From: Candidatus Nealsonbacteria bacterium
GTDB lineage: Bacteria > Patescibacteriota > Minisyncoccia > Minisyncoccales > RBG-13-42-11
Assembly: GCA_019923625.1 (NCBI GenBank)
Contig: JAHXGN010000002.1
Span: 1-41,433 of the forward strand
DNA: 41,433 nt
Direction of reading: 5' to 3'
Shown: one piece after another, positions 30,849-38,126 of the stretch
How positions within the stretch are numbered: position 1 is the stretch's first letter
How the letters are laid out: every line of letters starts with the position of its first letter
Position numbers and translations under genes: made by a program
Notes under the pieces: generated by a model
What the model saw: only the letters and a program-made list of their open reading frames with translations
What the model was told of the DNA's origin: nothing
Database searches by the model: none

Positions 30849-31253
30849 TTATCTTGTTTTTATTTCAATTAAAGTGGAAAGTTTTTTTAATTTACCCCCT
30901 TCAACAATTTTTAAGGGAACAGTTTCTTCTTCTTTTTCTTTGACCCTTTCTTTTTTAATAATTTTTGGGGGCATGGTTTTTTTCTGCCAAAAATAATTTT
31001 TTCCGGAATACGAGAATTTAAAAAAATTGATTAAAACCGTGGGCAGGGGCTGGCTATTGATTTTCAAAAAAGCAAAAGCAAAACCGGCGCTGAATAAAAA
31101 TAGGCAAAGAATTAAAAAAAGAAAAAAGGGAACAGCGTAATAAAGAAAAAAGGAAATGCCGCCGGCAAAAGCCAGAAAGAAAAACTGGCGCAAGGTAAGA
31201 GGCCCGACAATTTTGGGCTCCATTTCAATAAATTGTGGAACAGTAAATTGCAT
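30849..31253 (-). CDS. PrgI-family / VirB3-like small membrane protein
   Basis: MQFTVPQFIEMEPKIVGPLTLRQFFFLAFAG followed by two TM helices, the characteristic PrgI family opening. Directly upstream of the VirB4 module. Confidence 0.65.
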   Translation of the reverse strand: MQFTVPQFIEMEPKIVGPLTLRQFFFLAFAGGISFFLYYAVPFFLFLILCLFLFSAGFAFAFLKINSQPLPTVLINFFKFSYSGKNYFWQKKTMPPKIIKKERVKEKEEETVPLKIVEGGKLKKLSTLIEIKTR

Positions 31254-31256
31254 ACT

Positions 31257-31655
31257 TTATACAACCGGCTCCCGATAAACATCTTCTTTAGCCGGTTTTT
31301 CTTTTTCTTTTTTTAAAGAAAGGATAATTTCGGCTTTATAGAGGTCTTGCAAACTGTGTTTTACCGGGAAAAAAATAAAGCGGTTGATTTCATGATAGAC
31401 CTCCTTTGCTTTTTCCGGTTTTAGATTTATTTCTTTTTCTAAAAACTCTTTAAAATCAGCCGGCGGCAAAAGCCCCAAAAAAACATCGCCGATTCCTCTG
31501 GCAACCTGGCTGATTTTTTCTTCTTTAACTTCATTTCTAAGGCAGATATTTCTGATATTTTCCGTGATTTCTGCTGAAAAAATCGCTTCTTGTAATTCTT
31601 GGGGAAGCAGATTGTAAATTTTCCAAAGTTCTTCTTGACTATATTCTTTTGGCAT
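31257..31655 (-). CDS. Hypothetical soluble protein (132 aa)
   Basis: Operonic, with a 3-nt gap downstream. No recognisable motif. Confidence 0.5.
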   Translation of the reverse strand: MPKEYSQEELWKIYNLLPQELQEAIFSAEITENIRNICLRNEVKEEKISQVARGIGDVFLGLLPPADFKEFLEKEINLKPEKAKEVYHEINRFIFFPVKHSLQDLYKAEIILSLKKEKEKPAKEDVYREPVV

Positions 31656-31676
31656 AAGTTATCATAATTAATAATT

Positions 31677-33671
31677 TTATGGCGGTGGGACCCACATTCC
31701 TCCAGGTCCAGGCTTCCAGCCGGGAGGTGGAGTAGTGGTAGGAGGTGGAGTGGTGATAGGAGGTGGAGTAGTAGGAGTGGGGACTATGTGTCCAAAGAGT
31801 CTTTGGCCCTGTCCTTCTTCAAAATAATTGATTAAACCTGGATTTTTTAGTACGTTTTCAATGTAATCTCTGGGATCAGCTTGTTGGCTAAGACAATCAC
31901 GAATACTATTTACTGCTATTTCTCCTTTGGCCGCAATTAAAGAGTTCATTCGCTCAGCTGAAAAGGTTTTTAAGGATGTTTCTATAAAAAGGTTATTTTT
32001 TATGTCGGTATTTGAAATAAATTTAAGATTAGGATTTTTAATTTTCGAAACCGCATCATCTAATGTTTCTCCAGATCTTTGAGAAGAAAGTATTGGAAAA
32101 GCAGCGTTTATTAAACGAGTCCTTCCCATTTTTTCAGCTACCTCAAGCATCTTATCCTTATCTATTTTTCCCAAATCTATTAATTTTTGAATATCTGACA
32201 CATCTTCGTTTTCAATCATATTTTCTATTATAAATTGACGTTTTTTATCACTTCTTTCACTCAAAAGAGAATCAGCTTTAGCATCGCCACTAAGTCCTTT
32301 CATTTCTTCATCTACCCCCTCCTTTTTTTTCAATTCTTCTTTTTCCAAGTGGGCTTTATAATCAGTTCCAGCAGCTCGAAAACCTAAACTGGAAGCAAAA
32401 CCCATTGCTCTTGCCGCCCCAATACCGACTTTTTGACCAAAGGTTAGTGTTTTCCCTGATTCTTCTTGTTTTTCTTGTCTTTCTTCTGCCTCTTCACCTT
32501 TTTGAGCCTGTTGAGCCGCTTGTGTTTTTAAGGCCCCTAAAGCTAAACTACCCATTTTTGTTAGAGGCCCGCCAGGAGCGATTAGGGCCTTTCCCTGGTC
32601 TATCATTGCCTGAGCGCCTTGTGGCATAAATTTTTTAACAATAAAAGCAGTTACTGCAAAATAAATAGCCAAAAATATATAATAAAGAACATATTGGTCA
32701 AGAATAAACCAACCGACAACTGTTTCAACCACACCGGGCGTTTCTTTAGGCACTATTTGTTCGCCAACCCCCATTCCCAAAACCATAAGAAATAAAAGTA
32801 TTACTCCCAAAAGAAGCCATTCAAGAAGAGTTTTGAACCAGAGTGTCCAGTATTTTTGCGTGGCTGGTAAAATTAAACAAATAAAAGCCAAGGGAGCAAG
32901 TATTGCTAATATCCAAACAAGAAAAGCCCTAACAATAAACAAAATCGCAAAAATTAAAAAAACGCCGCTTAAAATAAAAGCAATAACAACCTGAAAAACC
33001 CAAACCAGAAGAGTTGTATGAAAAGCAGCAAGCCAAGTAGCAACAAGGGCAAATTGAGTAAAAGGACCAACAAAAGGTATGAGATAACTAGCAACCATAA
33101 CAGAAATATTGGCAGTCATACTCCCCAAGCCGGCTAACATCCTATCTTGTAAAGGATTTATTATTGCGCCAACCCCGCCCCTTGGTAAAAAGGTATTGAA
33201 AAGAATATTGGAAATATCAACCAAAATTGCCACAAAAAGCAAACTGAAATTCAGCAAGAGAGCGACAATAATTAATCTAGGTAAGGCCTTTTTTAAACCA
33301 TAAGTTTCAATTTTAAAAATAAAAGCATAGGCAATGGCTAAAAGAATCAAAATAATAAAGAGGTTAGCCAGGCCGGCTGTAAAATCCCAACCCCTGGCTA
33401 TCAAAAGATTATCTTGAATAGTCAGCAACTCTTGGCTTCCCAATATTGCCCTATTAAGCAAACTTGCGGTAAACGAAAGAGATATCAAGGCAAGAAGATA
33501 AATAATTATCATCTGAATTAAGAAGGCTGATATCGGGCCGGCCTTTTCTTCTACCAGGCCAGATATTTTTTTGAAATAATCGAAAAAACCACCCCAAAAG
33601 GCAAAACCTATCTCGGGCAAAAGCAAGAGTATTAAGATTAAGACAAATAAGTATTTGGGCTTAATAGACAT
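31677..33671 (-). CDS. Polytopic VirB6/TrbL-like membrane protein with a soluble C-terminal domain and Pro/Thr-rich tail
   Basis: 664 aa. About 8-9 hydrophobic helices over the first 370 or so aa, then a charged linker, an alpha-helical domain and PTPTTPPPITTPPPTTTPPPGWKPGPGGMWVPPP. Assignment rests on topology and context only. Confidence 0.55.
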   Translation of the reverse strand: MSIKPKYLFVLILILLLLPEIGFAFWGGFFDYFKKISGLVEEKAGPISAFLIQMIIIYLLALISLSFTASLLNRAILGSQELLTIQDNLLIARGWDFTAGLANLFIILILLAIAYAFIFKIETYGLKKALPRLIIVALLLNFSLLFVAILVDISNILFNTFLPRGGVGAIINPLQDRMLAGLGSMTANISVMVASYLIPFVGPFTQFALVATWLAAFHTTLLVWVFQVVIAFILSGVFLIFAILFIVRAFLVWILAILAPLAFICLILPATQKYWTLWFKTLLEWLLLGVILLFLMVLGMGVGEQIVPKETPGVVETVVGWFILDQYVLYYIFLAIYFAVTAFIVKKFMPQGAQAMIDQGKALIAPGGPLTKMGSLALGALKTQAAQQAQKGEEAEERQEKQEESGKTLTFGQKVGIGAARAMGFASSLGFRAAGTDYKAHLEKEELKKKEGVDEEMKGLSGDAKADSLLSERSDKKRQFIIENMIENEDVSDIQKLIDLGKIDKDKMLEVAEKMGRTRLINAAFPILSSQRSGETLDDAVSKIKNPNLKFISNTDIKNNLFIETSLKTFSAERMNSLIAAKGEIAVNSIRDCLSQQADPRDYIENVLKNPGLINYFEEGQGQRLFGHIVPTPTTPPPITTPPPTTTPPPGWKPGPGGMWVPPP

Positions 33672-33723
33672 AATATTTTTTATTTCTTAAAAGACCGGAT
33701 CTTCTATCTATATACCCTTATCT

Positions 33724-34701
33724 TTATGCTACATGTTTCTTTTTTACCGGTAACAGAATCAAGGGCGGTACCAGTATATAAGTAGTGGTTTTGGCTATTT
33801 GAAAGGTTCTAGAACCGTTTAATTCTAATGGTTCAGCATCAATCGCCGGTTCAATGGAAAAACTATCAGCATTCCTTGTTGTCCAGGTGATAGTTACTTC
33901 TCTTGGACGATAAATAGTAGCAGGATTAGCTTTAAGGGTGCAACCAATAGCGGTCGGGTCTTCTTTTTTTTCCACAAAAAGCATTATGCTATTTATCTCT
34001 GTTCCGGATTTAAAATAAGAAGTATTGGGCGGGAGAGAGGTAATTTCTGTTTTGCAATTAGCTCCTGAATAAAGCATTAATAAGCCAGCGCAGGCATGAG
34101 CCCTTTCTCCACCAATAAATGCCTTGGATCGTATATGTAATATTGGGTGCTGGAGCCAACCCGTACCCACGCTGACACAATCAAGTGGGAAAAGGGAGTG
34201 TGCCGTGCCGTCTTTTAACTCTTTCTCTGTTTTGCCAACAACCACCTCAAGTTTATCACAGGGAATACCCAGTAATTCGTCAAGCCCTGGTTTTTTTTCT
34301 CCCTCCTCAACCTCCCATCCTGGTTTAAAAACAGGGGGCCTGAGAACGGTTAATTCTGGATTAATAGTATGTAAAACTAAAAAGGAACTTAGAAGTAAAA
34401 CCAAACCAAAGAAAGCTGATTGAATTCGGTTCCAGGACTCTTTCATTTTTGTCGGATCGCCGACAGAGGTTAGATATTGAAAACCGGCAATTAAGAGAGC
34501 GATAAAAACTGCCATTCCGCCCAAAAAAATTCCCCATTCGTAAAGATATTGAACCAGGTCAGTAAGTTGACTATCATCGCCTAATGGTGTTCCAAGGGGT
34601 GAGTCTGGCCAGTCCAGTTGCAAAGCCCAGGCTTCAAAAGAGACGGTTAAAAATCCCAAAACAATTAAGGCAAAAATAATTTTTTTAGTAGAATTTTTCA
34701 T
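33724..34701 (-). CDS. TrbC/VirB2-type pilin-domain protein with a C-terminal extension of about 200 aa
   Basis: Signal peptide, then LVQYLYEWGIFLGGMAVFIALLIAGFQYLTSVGDPTKMKESWNRIQSAFFGLVLLLSSFLVLHTI (two-helix pilin hairpin), then a Cys-containing extracellular-looking domain. Confidence 0.6.
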   Translation of the reverse strand: MKNSTKKIIFALIVLGFLTVSFEAWALQLDWPDSPLGTPLGDDSQLTDLVQYLYEWGIFLGGMAVFIALLIAGFQYLTSVGDPTKMKESWNRIQSAFFGLVLLLSSFLVLHTINPELTVLRPPVFKPGWEVEEGEKKPGLDELLGIPCDKLEVVVGKTEKELKDGTAHSLFPLDCVSVGTGWLQHPILHIRSKAFIGGERAHACAGLLMLYSGANCKTEITSLPPNTSYFKSGTEINSIMLFVEKKEDPTAIGCTLKANPATIYRPREVTITWTTRNADSFSIEPAIDAEPLELNGSRTFQIAKTTTYILVPPLILLPVKKKHVA

Positions 34702-34727
34702 CTTCTTTTATTTTAGAACAAAAAAAA

Positions 34728-35402
34728 TTATTGAGCAATAACAATTGAGTCAAAGATAAATTCGGCTTCTTTGATTGATTCTCCCCATTCAATTCCCGAA
34801 ACATAAAACGAAACTAAATAGGTTTTTTCTTTCCCCCAAATTATTTTTTCTTTTGAAGAGAAAAAAGGATGACCTTCTCTTAGGTAAACAGCTTCAAAAA
34901 AAATAAAATCTTCCCCTTTTTCCAAACCAACAATTTCCATTACTTCCCTTTCTCCTTGGTGTTGTTTTTTTATTTTTTCCAGAAAATTTTCCAAATTTTG
35001 TTTTCCTTTGAATTCCCAAACCATTAAAAAAGAAAGAAAAGGTTCTTTCACCCTCATTTTATGATTGAAAAATAAAATTTTACCCCCTTCGTTCTCATCT
35101 GTTTTTATTCTTTCTCTATTCAACCCTAATAATAACTCTTTTCTTCCCTCTGTCCAGCCGGCTGGATATTTCATTTTAAATTTTTTATCTTGACTGACAA
35201 ATTCTTTATAATTTTCTTCTAAAAATTCATTTATCGGCAGAAGCGGTTTTATTTCAACCTTCGGCAGTTTAAATTGAGGCAGTTGGATTTCAGGCAAAGA
35301 TTCTTGAAAATTTTTAAAACGCCAATAAGTAACCAAACTTAAAACAAGAATGCAGAATAAGGTTAAAAAAAGTAATTTTTTATCGTTTTTCTTGTTCTCC
35401 AT
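34728..35402 (-). CDS. Bitopic membrane protein, possibly PsbP/Mog1-like alpha/beta domain
   Basis: Preferred start MENKKNDKK (35402), 4 nt after the upstream stop; the ORF track extends to 35504. One N-terminal TM helix and a KYPAGW motif. Confidence 0.5.
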   Translation of the reverse strand: MENKKNDKKLLFLTLFCILVLSLVTYWRFKNFQESLPEIQLPQFKLPKVEIKPLLPINEFLEENYKEFVSQDKKFKMKYPAGWTEGRKELLLGLNRERIKTDENEGGKILFFNHKMRVKEPFLSFLMVWEFKGKQNLENFLEKIKKQHQGEREVMEIVGLEKGEDFIFFEAVYLREGHPFFSSKEKIIWGKEKTYLVSFYVSGIEWGESIKEAEFIFDSIVIAQ

Positions 35403-35406
35403 AATT

Positions 35407-36855
35407 TTAAAAATTAATCCGCCACCAGGGGCCAAAAAGTCCGACCTGATAGCCGAATAAAAGCAAAACAAAAGAAACAAGAAACCAGGCAGTAAAAATA
35501 ACAAGATAACCTATTCCGGCTGATTTCCACAAAGATTTTATTTGAATTAGGGCTTCGGCTTTACCGAGAGAAAAATAAAGAATCAGGGCGCTGATTACTA
35601 CCAAGACAACTAAAATCAAGGGAGCCACTCTCCACAAAAAGAAATCAATAATACTTTTTACCATTATAAAAATATGTTTTAATTGGCAGGAGTCGGTTTC
35701 ATTCCAGTCAGTGTCTGGATTGTCATAATCTCGGCCGCAGGGGACCAAACCGCCCCAACCCGGCGCCGCCTTTCTGCTAGTCAGATTAAAAAACCAATCG
35801 CTCCATTTGCCGGTTTCCCGACAATCTTTATCCAAACAAGCCCTGACTTGCCATTGGTATTCTCCTTTACATTCTAAGGGATAAAATTGAGAGTTCAATG
35901 GTATTATTTTAATAATTTCCTGGTTAACTTTTGGCCGACATTCCGGCTTGTTTTCTTCTTCAGAAAGGAAAATATATTTTATTTTAAATTGATAAGAAAC
36001 AGCGCCATCAACCTTGTCCCAGGAAAAAAAATGACGGTCGCCTGTAAAAACAGTCGTGTTATTTCCTGGCTTAGGATTAATTGGAGTCTGAAGCTTAAAA
36101 GTTTTAAAAGTTCTTAAAGGACTCCAAGGGCCGCAAAGTTCTCCTTTTGCTCTGGCGCAGGTTTTTACCCGCCAGAAGTAGTCTTTTTCTAAAATTAGGT
36201 CTGGATAATCAAGGGAAACTCCTGGTTTTTCTAATATTTTTTTTAATTCTACTAAAACCAAACCTGGATGTGGAGGATCAAGGTAAATCTCTGGTTCTTC
36301 TAATATTTTTTTCAAACTTAAATTAAGATCCTCAATTTTTGAAATATAAATATATTTAAAAATATAGGATTTGGCCCCAGGCACATCTTCCCACTTAAAA
36401 TTGACCGGAATAGGAACATTATTTGCGTTAGTCAGAGGATAAATAAGTTCTGGCGGCCGGCCAGTGGTTCTAAAAATAGAATCCTCCGACCAAAAGGCCT
36501 CACATTTTTTCCCCTCATAATCCCAACAAGGCTGAACCCTCCAAGTATAAAAAGTATCAAGTTTAAGTTCAGAATAATCAAATCTTAAATTAGAGACTTG
36601 GGTTGTGCCGGTGGCCGGAGTTGTTTGGTTCCTTTCATATATTTGATAATTCCAAGAATTTGTTCCTAAAAATTTGTGCCATTTTAATAAAACTGGAAGA
36701 CCAATTGGAGTTTTCCCTGCCGGATCATTTGGCGGTGAAAATAAAACAGGTTCTGAAAGAGTATCTTCAATTGATAACAGCCATTTCTGGCTTTTTTCAG
36801 AACAAACAGTACCAGCCCAATATCGACAAGCGCTAACTTGCCAACCCCAAGCCAC
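35407..36855 (-). CDS. C-terminal part of a split giant surface protein: repeated FN3-like Cys-pair modules plus a C-terminal VirB2-type pilin module
   Basis: Four modules ending W(Q/R)V(S/Q/K/R)xC...C...W(S)...F(x)T. The C-terminus GGLVPCGRDYDNP...CQLKHIFIMVKSIIDFFLWRVAPLILVVLVVISALILYF...GIGYLVIFTAWFLVSFVLLLFG is a pilin-like two-helix hairpin. The ORF opens on GTG within continuous homology to the upstream ORF. Confidence 0.65.
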   Translation of the reverse strand: MAWGWQVSACRYWAGTVCSEKSQKWLLSIEDTLSEPVLFSPPNDPAGKTPIGLPVLLKWHKFLGTNSWNYQIYERNQTTPATGTTQVSNLRFDYSELKLDTFYTWRVQPCWDYEGKKCEAFWSEDSIFRTTGRPPELIYPLTNANNVPIPVNFKWEDVPGAKSYIFKYIYISKIEDLNLSLKKILEEPEIYLDPPHPGLVLVELKKILEKPGVSLDYPDLILEKDYFWRVKTCARAKGELCGPWSPLRTFKTFKLQTPINPKPGNNTTVFTGDRHFFSWDKVDGAVSYQFKIKYIFLSEEENKPECRPKVNQEIIKIIPLNSQFYPLECKGEYQWQVRACLDKDCRETGKWSDWFFNLTSRKAAPGWGGLVPCGRDYDNPDTDWNETDSCQLKHIFIMVKSIIDFFLWRVAPLILVVLVVISALILYFSLGKAEALIQIKSLWKSAGIGYLVIFTAWFLVSFVLLLFGYQVGLFGPWWRINF

Positions 36856-38021
36856 AAAAGGCGGTTTTCCTTTTCTATCTTCTTTGGTGAAAAAACATGA
36901 TCATGGTCCTTGTTGGAAAATTTAGGTTCAGGATGCCGGCCCGGCCAAGTCCTTAGTATTTTTGACCGGCAATTTTGTCCGGGCAGGACCGGTCTTAATT
37001 CAGGATGACATTCTTCTTTTATTATTTTTATTTTTCCACTCTCTATTCTATAAGATATTTTATGAAAAAACAATCTATAACTCATTGGTCTCTGATAACC
37101 TCTTTCTGGGAGTTGAAAATAGAACGGACACCACCTAAGAATGAGATTTAACTTTTCATTCTCAGCCATTTTTTCTAGGCCCTGCCAATCAGGATCAAAA
37201 GGAAGAATGGGTTCAGGCGCAGAACTGGTTGTAAAACTCCAACTGCTTGCCGGTCCGCAGTTTTGGCCGTCTATGGTACAACAAGCCTGGACTTGCCAAG
37301 GGTGGATGGTGTTTGATTTTAAAGTACAGGAAGGCGGAATAAATTCTGACATCAGCGAATAATTGGAATGGGGATCAGTCGGTCGGGTATTTCCGATTGT
37401 TATTCGGTAAGATTGGGGGCCATCAGGTAAGGCTTTCCAGTAAGCAACATCATCCCAGTCCAATTTTACCGGGAGAAGGATGTTATTTGGGTCTTGGCTC
37501 GGCTCTGGATTAGCTGGATCGGTAGGATAGTTGGGATTATAGTAATATCTTGGATTTTTTGGAGTTTCCAGACATTGGCCGGCGCATTGGCAAGAGGGTT
37601 TAGTTTTTAGAGATGCATCATCAATACATTTTTGCCAGCCAGAGCAAGTTTTGTGGTTATTCCAGCCACCTTCAGGCGGCCAAGCAGGGCAAGAATCGCA
37701 AGAGATCCAATTTACACATCTCCACCCTGTGGTGCAGCCTTTATCGTCTTTTATTCTTTCCGCAGTGCCCGTTCTTCCCCTTTGGCATGTTCTTTCTCTT
37801 TTTTGAATCTTTGCATCAGGACATTCTCCTATGCATTGGTATTCAATATCTGAATAGGAAGGACATTCATTACAACTTGGTGCAGGAGGCGGCTCAGGAC
37901 AGGCAGGCTTTTCAAGCGGCGGTGTGGTAGCTGCAAAAGAATGTCCGAGAAAAAATAGAAAAAATAAAGAAATGGGCGCCAGAACAGTTAAAACAAAGAT
38001 AAGGCTAATATTTTTATTCAT
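36684..38021 (-). CDS. N-terminal part of the split giant surface protein: signal peptide, Cys-rich region, first FN3-like module
   Basis: Signal/TM helix, about 24 Cys in the first 150 mature residues, and module HPWQVQACCTIDGQNCGPASSWSFTT. The last 70 or so codons (after 36890) overlap the next ORF out of frame and look like frameshift read-through. Confidence 0.65.
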   Translation of the reverse strand: MNKNISLIFVLTVLAPISLFFLFFLGHSFAATTPPLEKPACPEPPPAPSCNECPSYSDIEYQCIGECPDAKIQKRERTCQRGRTGTAERIKDDKGCTTGWRCVNWISCDSCPAWPPEGGWNNHKTCSGWQKCIDDASLKTKPSCQCAGQCLETPKNPRYYYNPNYPTDPANPEPSQDPNNILLPVKLDWDDVAYWKALPDGPQSYRITIGNTRPTDPHSNYSLMSEFIPPSCTLKSNTIHPWQVQACCTIDGQNCGPASSWSFTTSSAPEPILPFDPDWQGLEKMAENEKLNLILRWCPFYFQLPERGYQRPMSYRLFFHKISYRIESGKIKIIKEECHPELRPVLPGQNCRSKILRTWPGRHPEPKFSNKDHDHVFSPKKIEKENRLLWLGVGKLALVDIGLVLFVLKKARNGCYQLKILFQNLFYFHRQMIRQGKLQLVFQFY

Positions 38022-38080
38022 TATTAAATTTTAAAACTTTTGGTTAAATTTATCCAGTCTTTGAGCTGTGGATAAACTCC

Positions 38081-38109
38081 TTGACATTTAAAGACCAGGA
38101 TATTAAACT
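38081..38109 (+). promoter_or_regulatory. Putative promoter of the LysM/M23 gene
   Basis: TTGACA (38081-38086), 17 nt, TAAACT (38104-38109). It is preceded by the inverted pair TTATCCAGT / TGTGGATAA at 38050-38075. Confidence 0.4.
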
Positions 38110-38126
38110 AAAAAAAGAGAAAGAGA

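Noticed and set aside
36884-36900. Programmed -1 ribosomal frameshift joining the two halves of the giant protein
   Set aside because: The site GTT TTT TCA does not form a canonical X XXY YYZ heptamer in the zero frame. I saw no obvious downstream stimulatory hairpin. A 1-nt homopolymer indel, either an error or phase variation, is the simpler explanation.
35407-38021. Diversity-generating retroelement target
   Set aside because: No reverse transcriptase and no template/variable repeat pair are visible in the window. The repeats seen are in-frame module duplications.
28411-38126. Integrative conjugative element or prophage
   Set aside because: No integrase, relaxase, coupling protein, capsid or terminase genes are present. 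There is no flanking tRNA and I could not recognise direct repeats. The block is treated as a chromosomal T4SS-derived operon pending wider context.
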